58,654 bases of DNA from Planctomycetia bacterium (GTDB lineage Bacteria; Planctomycetota; Phycisphaerae; Phycisphaerales; SM1A02), in contig SYHM01000181.1 in the NCBI GenBank assembly GCA_005799205.1, positions 1-58,654 of the forward strand, given 5' to 3'. A program made the translations under genes and the position numbers. Below, piece after piece: positions 1-9,117 of the stretch. Within the stretch, counting starts at the first letter, position 1; every line of letters starts with the position of its first letter. The notes under the pieces are model-generated. The model was not told the DNA's origin. It worked only from the letters and a program-made list of their open reading frames with translations, and did not search any database.

Positions 1-1
1 C

Positions 2-1711
2 GCTGGAGTCTTAGTCGCTTCGTCGAGACTCGAGCGACTTCTGCAATTGTCGGGCGAGTCGCTCGTCGAAGCGCGCCGACTCGATTCGATCCGCCGCACT
101 CTTGGTCGAGCGAAGTCGGCCCACCGCACACTCTCGGATGCCCTCGACGGACTCGAGGTCACCGGATCGACGAGTAGCGACGCGCTGCGTGCGGCCGTGG
201 CGAGTCGGCAGTCGCTTGATGAAGCGCTCAGTCAAGTCGAAGAGCACTTGAGACGAGGTGAGGAACTCGCGAGCGCGCTGCACAACGAAGCGGTCGCCAG
301 TCGGATGCGTCCTTTCGGGGATGCCTGTGGCGCGCTCCCACGCTCAGTTCGCGATGTCGCTCGCACACTGTCAAAGGACGTGCGGCTCGTCATCGCTGGC
401 GAACAGGTGCCAGTCGATCGTGAAATCCTCCGCCAACTCGAAGCTCCACTCGGGCACCTCGTGCGAAATGCGATCGATCATGGAATCGAGACCCCCGACG
501 AACGTGTGGCGGCTGGAAAGCCGCGTCATGCAACGCTGTGGGTCGAGGCGCGGCACCACGCGGGCAGCCTTGTTGTCGAAGTGCGCGAAGACGGGCGGGG
601 AATCGACCGCGATGCGCTACGCGCACGCATTGCATCGAAGCAGCTTGCCTCACCCGAAGTACTCGCGTCAGTCGATGATGCAGAGCTTTTCGCGTTCCTC
701 TTTCTTCCTGGGTTTTCGACCGCCGCCCAGGTCACCGACATTTCAGGCCGAGGGGTCGGGCTCGATGTTGTGCAGTCGATGGCACATGCGGTCGGTGGCT
801 CGGTGGAAGTCGCGTCGAGCCCCCGTGGCACCTCGTTCTCGCTGCGCCTGCCTGTGACGCTTTCGATTGTGCGTGCGGCAGTGATCTCGATCGCGGGCGA
901 AACATACGCTCTCGCACTCGCGCGACTTGAGCGCATCGATCGAATCCCGCGCACAGAGATCACAACCATCGAGGGGCGGCCGACAGCCAACATTCGCGGG
1001 GACACAGTCGGGTTGGTGCACGCCACCGACTTGCTCGAACTCAAGCCACTTGCATCGTCGTCGCTGAGTGATGACCTTGCCATTGTGAGCCTGCAGGCTG
1101 GAACACGGACGGTCGGACTCATCGTCGATGCATTCTTGGGTGAAGAGGATCTCGTGGTCCGAGCACTCGACGCTCGCCTGGGTGATGTGGCGCATGTCGA
1201 CGCAGCAAGCATTCGAGAGAACGGAGATCTGCTGCTCATTCTTGATGCGAGCGACCTCGTGCAGTCGACGCTGCAGTTGCTCGAGACCGGCCGGTTGCGA
1301 GGCGATGACGGCCGATCGTTGGCGACGGCACGGCGTCAGAAGCGAATCCTCGTCGTCGAAGACTCGATCACCGTCAGGGAGGTCGAGCGGCAAATGCTTG
1401 TGCGCGCTGGGTACTTCGTCGACACCGCGGTCGATGGGGTCGATGGATGGAATGCGGTGCAGAAGCAGTCCTATGACCTGATTGTGAGCGATGTCGACAT
1501 GCCGCGTATGACCGGCATTGAACTCGTTCGAAGGCTTCGAGCAGACCGCCGATTCGAGAGGGTTCCCGTGGTCATCGTCAGCTACAAGGATCGAGAAGAA
1601 GATCGCCTCGCTGGGCTCGAAGTTGGAGCGTCAGCCTATTTGACCAAGGGGTCGTTTCAAGATCAGTCGTTCCTTCGTACGGTCGCAGATCTCGTGGGGC
1701 CAACCCACTGA
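2..1711 (+). CDS. cheA: Hybrid chemotaxis-type histidine kinase CheA (HATPase + CheW-like domain + C-terminal receiver), 5'-truncated by window edge
   Basis: Frame stays open to the window start. N-box HLVRNAIDHGIE, G1 REDGRGID, G2 SGRGVGLDVV, CheW-like segment, then receiver RILVVEDS...DLIVSDVDMPRMTG...YLTKG. Confidence 0.9.
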   Translation, partial: AGVLVASSRLERLLQLSGESLVEARRLDSIRRTLGRAKSAHRTLSDALDGLEVTGSTSSDALRAAVASRQSLDEALSQVEEHLRRGEELASALHNEAVASRMRPFGDACGALPRSVRDVARTLSKDVRLVIAGEQVPVDREILRQLEAPLGHLVRNAIDHGIETPDERVAAGKPRHATLWVEARHHAGSLVVEVREDGRGIDRDALRARIASKQLASPEVLASVDDAELFAFLFLPGFSTAAQVTDISGRGVGLDVVQSMAHAVGGSVEVASSPRGTSFSLRLPVTLSIVRAAVISIAGETYALALARLERIDRIPRTEITTIEGRPTANIRGDTVGLVHATDLLELKPLASSSLSDDLAIVSLQAGTRTVGLIVDAFLGEEDLVVRALDARLGDVAHVDAASIRENGDLLLILDASDLVQSTLQLLETGRLRGDDGRSLATARRQKRILVVEDSITVREVERQMLVRAGYFVDTAVDGVDGWNAVQKQSYDLIVSDVDMPRMTGIELVRRLRADRRFERVPVVIVSYKDREEDRLAGLEVGASAYLTKGSFQDQSFLRTVADLVGPTH

Positions 1712-2766
1712 TGCGCATCGCAATCGTCAACGATCTGCGGATGGCCCAGGAATTGCTGCGACGAGCCGTTTCGCAGATGCCCGACGCCTCGGTTGCCTGG
1801 ACTGCCCTCGATGGCCGCGAGGCGCTCGAACAGTGCAAGCGCGATGTGCCTGACCTGATTCTCATGGACATGGTGATGCCGGTGATGGACGGCGCCGTTG
1901 CCACGCGTGCGATCATGAAAGAGTGTCCTTGCCCGATCCTGGTGGTCACGAGCACAATCGAAGGGAATCTTTCGCTTGTGTATGAATCGCTGAGCGCTGG
2001 GGCCATTGACGCAGTCCACACGCCACAGATGGCTCAAGATGGCACGATCACTGGGGTGGATGCGCTCGTTCGAAAGTCACGCATCGCGTGTGCGGCGGCT
2101 GCATCGCTTGCGCAGAGTCGCAACACGACGGCAGTGTCGAGTTCGGATTCCTCAGTTTCCCGCGAGACGACGGCGACCATCTCGAGCGCGCGCACGCCCA
2201 CGCTCGCAATCGGGTCGTCGACTGGAGGGCCTCATGCCCTTTCGGTCGTGCTCAGTGGCCTCTCGAATCATGCGGCACACTGCACGCTGATCGTGCAGCA
2301 CATCGACATTCACTACTCCGCTGGACTCGCAGCATGGCTCACGCTCGAGACAAAGAAGCCAGTGCGGGTGGCAGCTGACGGTGACGCGCTTGATCCAGGG
2401 CAGATCCTGCTCGCGGCAACCGAAGACCATCTTGTTGTTCAAGGTGGACGCGTGAGGTATGTACGCGAACCGGCATCGCAGATCTACCGACCAAGTGTTG
2501 ATGCGCTCTTTCACTCCATCGCGCGCGAGAGTGCGCTCTCGGGGGTTGCCGTCCTGCTCACTGGAATGGGTCGCGACGGAGCCGAAGGTTTGCGAGCCCT
2601 GCGAAGCGCGGGGTGGCAGACGATCGCGCAAGATCAGGCGACGAGCGTGGTCTGGGGGATGCCTGGTGCTGCCGTCGCGCTCGGTGCAGCCTCGCACGTC
2701 TTGCCGCTCGATTCGATCGCCAGTGCAGCGAGTCGCGCCTTCGCGAAGCCCGTAACCGCCTCGTAG
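1711..2766 (+). CDS. cheB: Protein-glutamate methylesterase CheB (receiver + methylesterase)
   Basis: N-terminal receiver (MRIAIVNDL...LILMDMVMPVMDG). C-terminal GSSTGGP (Ser), QHIDIH (His), TGMGRDGA (Asp). Start overlaps cheA stop (TGATG). Confidence 0.9.
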   Translation: MRIAIVNDLRMAQELLRRAVSQMPDASVAWTALDGREALEQCKRDVPDLILMDMVMPVMDGAVATRAIMKECPCPILVVTSTIEGNLSLVYESLSAGAIDAVHTPQMAQDGTITGVDALVRKSRIACAAAASLAQSRNTTAVSSSDSSVSRETTATISSARTPTLAIGSSTGGPHALSVVLSGLSNHAAHCTLIVQHIDIHYSAGLAAWLTLETKKPVRVAADGDALDPGQILLAATEDHLVVQGGRVRYVREPASQIYRPSVDALFHSIARESALSGVAVLLTGMGRDGAEGLRALRSAGWQTIAQDQATSVVWGMPGAAVALGAASHVLPLDSIASAASRAFAKPVTAS

Positions 2767-2778
2767 CATCGAGTTCAC

Positions 2779-3957
2779 ATGACCACGGACACACTGACGA
2801 CCGACGCAGGAACCCTTGATCGCGTCGTCGTGCTGCTCGTCGATGATCAAGCGATGATCGGCGAAGCAGTGCGACGCATCTGCGCAACGCAACCGACGAT
2901 TGAGTACCACTTTTGCGCTGACCCAACACAGGCCGTCGCAACCGCCACGCGCGTTGAGCCAACAGTGATTCTGCAAGACCTCGTCATGCCTGGCATCGAT
3001 GGCCTCGATCTTGTGCGCCACTACAGACAAAACGATGCGACGCGGTTGATCCCACTCATCGTGCTCTCGTCGAAAGAGGAAGCGACGACGAAGGCTGAGG
3101 CATTTGCACGAGGCGCCAATGATTACCTTGTAAAACTGCCAGACCCGATCGAGATTCTTGCGCGCATTCGGTACCACTCACGCGGATATCGCGCGCTGCT
3201 CGAGCGAAACGAAGCCTATCGGCAACTCAAGAGCGAGCTTGATCAAGCGGGCGACTATGTGCAATCGCTCCTTCCGCCACCGTTGCAGGCACCAGATGTC
3301 GAAGTGCGTGGCGCGTTCATCCCGAGCGCGCAACTGGGAGGAGACTTCTTTGGATGGAGCGAACTTGGCGATGGGATGCTCGCCCTCTTCTTGATCGATG
3401 TCTGCGGGCACGGTGTCGGACCCGCGCTGCTCTCGGTGAGCGTGAGCAATGCCTTGCACGCCGGTGGCTTTTCGGGGGCCGAGTTGCTGAGTCCAGCACG
3501 CGTGATGACGCGACTCAATTCGGCGTTTCCGATGTCGAGCCACCGCGGCATGTACTTCACGGGGTGGTACGGAGTCTTCAATCGATCCACGCGAGCACTC
3601 ACCTGGTGCGGAGCAGGACATCCACCTGCGATGGTCACACGTCTCAACGGCGACTACGCAGAGTTTGACTCGGACGGCCCGCCCGTTGGCATTGTGCCAG
3701 AGTTCGAGTACTCAGAATCAAGTGCACAGTTACAAGCCGGCGACCGCTTCTATCTCTACAGCGATGGAATCGTCGAGATTCCGCGCCCCGATGGAACGGT
3801 TTGGGCCCACTCAGACTTTCAACGTTTCGCACGAACCGACGCGCTCAAGCACAGTGATCCGATCGCACGAATGCTCGAATTCACACGTGGGTTACAAGGG
3901 TTTCAGCACTTCACCGACGATGTCTCGATCGTTGAGATGAAGGTGCCTGCGAGTTGA
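2779..3957 (+). CDS. Response regulator with PP2C/SpoIIE-type serine phosphatase output (RsbU-like)
   Basis: Receiver (VVVLLVDDQ...ILQDLVMPGIDG...YLVK) followed by PP2C motifs GGDFFGW, LIDVCGHGVGPALLS, YLYSDGIVE. Confidence 0.88.
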   Translation: MTTDTLTTDAGTLDRVVVLLVDDQAMIGEAVRRICATQPTIEYHFCADPTQAVATATRVEPTVILQDLVMPGIDGLDLVRHYRQNDATRLIPLIVLSSKEEATTKAEAFARGANDYLVKLPDPIEILARIRYHSRGYRALLERNEAYRQLKSELDQAGDYVQSLLPPPLQAPDVEVRGAFIPSAQLGGDFFGWSELGDGMLALFLIDVCGHGVGPALLSVSVSNALHAGGFSGAELLSPARVMTRLNSAFPMSSHRGMYFTGWYGVFNRSTRALTWCGAGHPPAMVTRLNGDYAEFDSDGPPVGIVPEFEYSESSAQLQAGDRFYLYSDGIVEIPRPDGTVWAHSDFQRFARTDALKHSDPIARMLEFTRGLQGFQHFTDDVSIVEMKVPAS

Positions 3958-4961
3958 TGATGCGTCGGCGCGATCCCAATCAGGGCTCGCTTTTTGGCGA
4001 CGATTCCGATTCTGAAGAACTCACTGCTGCCCCAACGAACCCTGCGCTCCAGATCCTTCGCGAAGCACTTCATCCTTCCGTGCGCCTAGGTACAAGCTCG
4101 TGGAGTTTTCCTGGATGGCGAGGTCTTATCTGGGGTGGGCCCTGCTCGACCACGCAGCTCGCACAGGATGGGCTTCGCTGCTATGCCAAGCATCCATTGC
4201 TTCGCACGGTTGGAATCGACAAGACCTACTACAGACCAGCACCGCGTGAGGAATATGCGCGGCTGCGAGCGCAGGTCTCAGATGACTTTCGCTTTCTGGT
4301 GAAGGCTCACGAGGCGGTGACGAGGCAAGAGATCGGCGCAAGCTCGAGCCATCAGACGACGACGACCGCTGTTCGATTTCTTGACCCGGGGTATGCCGTC
4401 AATGAGGTGATCCATCCAGTGATGGAAGGGTTGGGAGCATCGGCGGGACCGATCCTCTTTCAATTCTCGCCTATGGGAGTGCGCTCAGCCAAGAGTGCTG
4501 AAGCATTCACCCGTCGGCTCGGAGTGTTTCTGCGCGCGTGCCCAGTTGGACCGCTCTACGCGGTGGAAGTGCGCGACCGCGCACTCATGCGACCCTCGTG
4601 GGCTGCGATGCTTCGCGACACTGGCGTATCCCACTCGTACGGCGTGCATCCCACGATGCCTCCACCACTCGTGCAGGCGCAGACGGTTGATCCTGCTGGG
4701 CAGCCAGCGATCGTCTGTCGATGGATGCTCCACGCTGGACTTGGATACCAAGCGGCCGTCGACCGGTATGAGCCATTCAATGAGATCGTTGATGCTGACC
4801 CCCCAAGTCGTGAACAATTCGCACGCCTCTGCTCGCTCGCGATCTCACACGGAAAGGACTCGTGGGTGATCATCAACAACAAGGCCGAAGGCTCGGCTCC
4901 GCGATCGGTCGAGTTGCTCGCACGAGCGCTCGGCAGGACAGATGGGTTATTGGGCGCTTGA
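3954..4961 (+). CDS. DUF72 family protein
   Basis: LGTSSWSFPGWRGLIW...DKTYYRPAPREEY...FRFLVKAHEAVT pattern typical of DUF72. Start ambiguous (TTG 3954, ATG 3957 or 3960) and overlaps the upstream stop. Confidence 0.75.
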   Translation: MMMRRRDPNQGSLFGDDSDSEELTAAPTNPALQILREALHPSVRLGTSSWSFPGWRGLIWGGPCSTTQLAQDGLRCYAKHPLLRTVGIDKTYYRPAPREEYARLRAQVSDDFRFLVKAHEAVTRQEIGASSSHQTTTTAVRFLDPGYAVNEVIHPVMEGLGASAGPILFQFSPMGVRSAKSAEAFTRRLGVFLRACPVGPLYAVEVRDRALMRPSWAAMLRDTGVSHSYGVHPTMPPPLVQAQTVDPAGQPAIVCRWMLHAGLGYQAAVDRYEPFNEIVDADPPSREQFARLCSLAISHGKDSWVIINNKAEGSAPRSVELLARALGRTDGLLGA

Positions 4962-5085
4962 TTTTCGGCTGTTATTCGATTTCAGTTTCGACTCTGGCTG
5001 ATTGCCAAACGTTTTCATGATACTATGATGGCGTTTATTGCAGGTCCTCACGTTCAACGAACTCGCGAACTCTAGGAGAGTGTTA

Positions 5086-5700
5086 ATGAAAAACCTTCCC
5101 ACTTCGAGTCCATCCGCTGGTTTTCTGGCAGCGTCATTTCTCACGGTGATGACACTCTGCACGCTCGCCGCTGGACAGAGCGGGGCCGATCCTGACGACC
5201 TTGCCGTCGTCGGTGACAGAGAGCTCGAGATTGTGATTGGTCCAGATCCAGTCTTGCCCCCGGCTCGAATTCCTCTGTCGATCACAATCGATGGCTCTGA
5301 TGCATATCTCGGTGGTACCGCCATCCCAACGGGCAACAACACTTGGTTTCTTGATGGCGAGTTCGGATTCGCAATCTTGATCGCGTTCTCGGATTCGCGG
5401 GTGGAGATTCACGGATCGGAAGGGATCACCACGATCGACTCCGAAGGGATGACGCTGCACGAGCTAGTTGATGCAGTCGCTGATGGCTCAGGAACCTCTC
5501 AGCCCTCATTGAACTGCAGTCCAACCGAACAACTTTGCCAGTGCTCAGCTGGACCACCAATCACCTGTGGCGGCCTGTCTCTACAGAGTTACAAGTGCTG
5601 CTCGCAGTCCGCCTTCTGCGGCTGCATTCCGTACAAGAGCCCGTCGGGATGCACGCTGGCTGTCAAAGCCACGTGCCTTGTGGCCCCCTCGACCGAGTAA
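5086..5700 (+). CDS. Secreted hypothetical protein with cysteine-rich C-terminal tail
   Basis: ATG at 5086 preceded by GGAGAG. Signal-peptide-like MKNLPTSSPSAGFLAASFLTVMTLCTLAAG. 11 Cys in the last ~60 aa. Gene and upstream spacer are visibly more AT-rich than the surroundings. Confidence 0.65.
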   Translation: MKNLPTSSPSAGFLAASFLTVMTLCTLAAGQSGADPDDLAVVGDRELEIVIGPDPVLPPARIPLSITIDGSDAYLGGTAIPTGNNTWFLDGEFGFAILIAFSDSRVEIHGSEGITTIDSEGMTLHELVDAVADGSGTSQPSLNCSPTEQLCQCSAGPPITCGGLSLQSYKCCSQSAFCGCIPYKSPSGCTLAVKATCLVAPSTE

Positions 5701-5719
5701 CAGAGAGTGACTGTGCTGG

Positions 5720-6748
5720 CTACCGGGGCAGCGAAGGACTCACTGCGGTCGATGGTGGCGGCACGGGTTTGGCGCGCACACTCGCTGCATCTTTGAGCGC
5801 ATCGAGCGTTGCCCGAGTTCGATTCAACTCGCCTCGAATCGCGCCAAAGTCTGGTCGAGCTGCCGCGATCCAGGCGCCAAACTCACCGCGCTCGGCGCGG
5901 GCAGAAAGTGCCGCGAGTTGCGAGGTGGCATCAGTCGCTCCCCAAGCCTGCGCCACGGCGAGAAAGTATGGAGCCGCCGCCCGCATCTCAACGAGAAGTT
6001 CTTCGCCGCGCAGTCTTGAGAGCGGGTATTCGTTTGACTTTGAGATAATGGCCGCCGACTCGCTGCGGGCAGACTGATACAGCGAAGCGCCATCACAGCC
6101 GGCCTTCACCCGATCTTGCGGACGAGAGAGCCATCGAATCTGTTCAGTCTGCACACACTGCGCCCATGCCAGATTCTGTGCGGTGGCAAGAGCCGTCACC
6201 GCGTCACGAATCTTCGTCGCTCGTGCGGCATCCGCAGAGAGCGGAAGAAACGAGTCAGCGCGCTGGACGGCTTGCCATGCCAAGCGCGCTGCCGACTGCT
6301 GGGTGTCGAGCCGTGAGAGTTGTGTGAGCATCCGCGCGGCGTCGAGCATTGCGACGATGCGCGTACATGCCTCATCTCGACGCGCAGCTCGTTCTAGCCT
6401 GCGGCTATCAGCATCAAGAAGTGCGACCCACACCTTGAGCTGCGTGATGTCGGGAGCAGTTGCGTACCAGTCGAGTTTCCATTCGCACGGTGCGGCGAGC
6501 GAGCCGCATGTCGCAACGATGTCACTCTGTGCTGCCTCAAGTTCGGACATCGAAGCCTCACTCGGCACCCACCCCCGATTCCGGGCATACTCGCGCATCG
6601 TTCGGGGGCATCGGCTCGCGCAATCGCGAGCAGCGACTGTCACGCAGTCTGGTATTCCCTGCGTGGAGTCCTTCACTGCCTGGCCGAAAACGGTCGCCGA
6701 CCAAGCGAGAGTCGAGGCTGACAACATCCAAACGAACGCCGCGTGCAC
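5720..6748 (-). CDS. Hypothetical secreted, mostly alpha-helical protein
   Basis: Long ORF with N-terminal signal-like MHAAFVWMLSASTLAWSATVFGQA. No family motif recognised. Confidence 0.6.
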   Translation of the reverse strand: MHAAFVWMLSASTLAWSATVFGQAVKDSTQGIPDCVTVAARDCASRCPRTMREYARNRGWVPSEASMSELEAAQSDIVATCGSLAAPCEWKLDWYATAPDITQLKVWVALLDADSRRLERAARRDEACTRIVAMLDAARMLTQLSRLDTQQSAARLAWQAVQRADSFLPLSADAARATKIRDAVTALATAQNLAWAQCVQTEQIRWLSRPQDRVKAGCDGASLYQSARSESAAIISKSNEYPLSRLRGEELLVEMRAAAPYFLAVAQAWGATDATSQLAALSARAERGEFGAWIAAARPDFGAIRGELNRTRATLDALKDAASVRAKPVPPPSTAVSPSLPR

Positions 6749-6788
6749 GCCACAAGAGTAATCGCTCCTCCCCCCCTATTCTGTTCGC

Positions 6789-7202
6789 ATGTCATCCGCC
6801 CCATTGCACTCATGCACGAGGTCGCTGCGACTCGGCGAGACCGATGCCGCCGGGGTGATGTACTTCGCGAATGCATTCGAGTTTGCCCACGAGGCGGTCG
6901 AGAGTTTTTTCGCGAGCCGAGGAATTCAGCTCACTTCACTCATCGCTGATGGACCGCATTTGCCACTTGTCCACGCATCGGCTGACTTTCTCGCTCCGAT
7001 TGGACTCGGGGATGAAGTCACAGTGACAGTCGACTCGGCGCAATGCTCGGCGGGGTCTGTCACATTCGCGGTGCGAGTCGTCGCCAAGGCCGAGCGCCTC
7101 ATCGCCCGTGTCACACTCGTCCATGCATGCATTGACAAGAGCTCAAGACACCCGATCGAGATTCCGGCGGGGTTGCGCTGCGCGATCAGCGCATCGACCT
7201 AG
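6789..7202 (+). CDS. Hotdog-fold acyl-CoA thioesterase (4HBT/YbgC-like); candidate 1,4-dihydroxy-2-naphthoyl-CoA hydrolase
   Basis: 137 aa with LRLGETDAAGVMYFANAFEFAHEAVESFF, typical of 4HBT-type thioesterases. Abuts the men operon. Confidence 0.7.
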   Translation: MSSAPLHSCTRSLRLGETDAAGVMYFANAFEFAHEAVESFFASRGIQLTSLIADGPHLPLVHASADFLAPIGLGDEVTVTVDSAQCSAGSVTFAVRVVAKAERLIARVTLVHACIDKSSRHPIEIPAGLRCAISAST

Positions 7203-8227
7203 CTCATCGACCTAGCCGCAGGCAGTACGAACTGTGCGGCTGGCACGAAGTCGAGTTGCGGCACGGGTAGGTTCGGGGCGATCTCCATCAGGCCGTTCGA
7301 AATCGACGCAGGCGTGACGAATTCGGACGCGAAGAGTCCTGCGGTTCCAAGGCCATGATCACGGTCACCAACTCCAAGTGCCGTCGCCATGCGGGCAACA
7401 AGGGCGATTGTGTACGAACTATCGACTGCTGTCGAAAGCACCGTGTCCATTCCGTGAATCCGGCCGCGTGTGACGACGCTCTCGACCTCTTCGAGGGCAC
7501 CCAGCAGCGATGGCTTGACCACCTGCACTTCGACTCCAGGCGCCCCAAGGACCTCCTCGATCGGCACTTCAAGGTGCAGACTCTCGTCGATCGCCATAAC
7601 CATTCCCACGCGGCGTGCGAGCTCGCTGAGGTCAGCGTGATCCTTGAGGGGCTCTTCGACGTAGTCAACGCGGGATGCGTCAACACGACTCAAAAGTCGT
7701 TCAGCGGTGGCGAGCGTCATCCTTCGATTGCCATCAAGCCGAATGCGAACGTCGTCGTCAACGAGTCCAAGAATCGTGTGGATCGTGCGTAGGTCATCGA
7801 CTGGCTTTCCGCGGCCAATCTTGATCTTGATCGTCTTGAATCCATCGAACTCACCAGCAGTGTGCGCGGCCTTCGCATCGCGGGCTCCACCTGAAAAGAA
7901 GGCGTTGATACCGATTGAGCCAGAGGGTGCTGGATCGCCAAACCCGAATCGCTTGTTTGCGAGAGCCGTTTCGACCGCGCATGAAAGCCCGAACGCGGCG
8001 CTGCGGACCATCGGAGTCGAATGGTTTCGGATCGCTTCCTGGAGCGATGCGAGCGATTCATCAAGCGATTCTCGGTGGAACCCTTGGAGTGGCGCCACCT
8101 CACCGAACCCGGTCCGCGATCCCTTCGTGCAGCGCACCATCACACCGCATCGCATGGCGAGAGTGGTCGAACCGACCGAATACGGTTTCTTGAATGGCGA
8201 TTCGAAATACGCGAGGTCAAACTTCAT
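7199..8227 (-). CDS. menC: o-Succinylbenzoate synthase (enolase superfamily)
   Basis: Enolase-superfamily pattern KIKIGR, RLDGNR, YVEEP, AIDES. Sits in the men operon; 4-nt overlap with menA. Confidence 0.8.
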   Translation of the reverse strand: MKFDLAYFESPFKKPYSVGSTTLAMRCGVMVRCTKGSRTGFGEVAPLQGFHRESLDESLASLQEAIRNHSTPMVRSAAFGLSCAVETALANKRFGFGDPAPSGSIGINAFFSGGARDAKAAHTAGEFDGFKTIKIKIGRGKPVDDLRTIHTILGLVDDDVRIRLDGNRRMTLATAERLLSRVDASRVDYVEEPLKDHADLSELARRVGMVMAIDESLHLEVPIEEVLGAPGVEVQVVKPSLLGALEEVESVVTRGRIHGMDTVLSTAVDSSYTIALVARMATALGVGDRDHGLGTAGLFASEFVTPASISNGLMEIAPNLPVPQLDFVPAAQFVLPAARSMS

Positions 8228-9117
8228 AGATTCCAGCCCAGCGCAACAAGAACACCGTACACGAGGATTGCCCGTCCAGTCGAGGCCAGTACCTCATTCA
8301 GAGGGCGCCCGCAAAGCCCTGATCGCACACGGAGCGCCGAGGGAACAAGCGCGATGATCGAAAGAACGGCCAGCAGGCACCACCAGCGACCGGTGCATGC
8401 TGCAAGCGCGAGCACGCTCAACGCTGCGGCGGCGATGCAGGCAAGAAACTCGCTGCGAGCCCACGCGACGCCCCATCGCACTGCGAGCGTTCGCTTTCGC
8501 GCGGCGCGGTCGGTTGGTTCGTCACGAAGATTGTTCACCGCGATCAGAGCTGCAGCGAGGCATCCGCAGCCGATCCCTGCACACCCAGAGAGCGCCGTCC
8601 ACTGGCCGGCCTGCGCTGCGTAGGTGCCAGCAACTGCAATTGGACCGAAGAACGCGAACGCAAAGAGCTCGCCCCATCCGTGATAGGCAATCGACCAGCG
8701 ACCTGCGGTGTACAGAATTGAACACGCGACTGAGAGCGCGCCTAGAAGCAAGAAAGGCCATCCAGCCCGCATGACGAGAAAGATGACAGAAGGCGCGACG
8801 ATCAACACCAGCACGATGACGGTCGCGTGCAGCATCGCACGCTGCGAGATGAGTCCGCTCGAGACTGCTCGTGTTGGTCCGAGCCGCTCGTGCGTGTCGG
8901 CTCCCTTTCGCGCGTCGCACAGGTCATTCGCGAAGTTGCACGAGATTTGGATTCCCAGCGCGCCTCCAAGCGCGGCAACGGCCGACGCAAGATCGAAGGC
9001 CCCCTCACCGTACGCAATCGCTGTGCCGATTGACACCGGCGCAATCGCCGCAGTGAGTGTTCGCGGGCGCGTTGCGCTCACCCACAGACGAATCGAGTCT
9101 GCGGTCGGGTTTCTCAT
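8224..9117 (-). CDS. menA: 1,4-dihydroxy-2-naphthoate polyprenyltransferase (UbiA family)
   Basis: Polytopic membrane protein. N-terminal [17 protein letters not shown] and Asp-rich [14 protein letters not shown] motif. Operon context. Confidence 0.85.
   Translation of the reverse strand: MRNPTADSIRLWVSATRPRTLTAAIAPVSIGTAIAYGEGAFDLASAVAALGGALGIQISCNFANDLCDARKGADTHERLGPTRAVSSGLISQRAMLHATVIVLVLIVAPSVIFLVMRAGWPFLLLGALSVACSILYTAGRWSIAYHGWGELFAFAFFGPIAVAGTYAAQAGQWTALSGCAGIGCGCLAAALIAVNNLRDEPTDRAARKRTLAVRWGVAWARSEFLACIAAAALSVLALAACTGRWWCLLAVLSIIALVPSALRVRSGLCGRPLNEVLASTGRAILVYGVLVALGWNL

Noticed and set aside
5500-5700. Cys/Ser/Thr-rich C-terminus as a lanthipeptide or other RiPP precursor core
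   Set aside because: The protein has a Sec-type signal peptide and a ~130-aa folded-looking middle domain rather than a leader peptide. No modification enzyme, protease or transporter genes are adjacent.
5698-5750. Possible terminator hairpin between the convergent genes at 5700/5720
   Set aside because: Only a 5-bp AGTGA/TCACT stem with a ~28-nt loop could be drawn, which is too weak to call.
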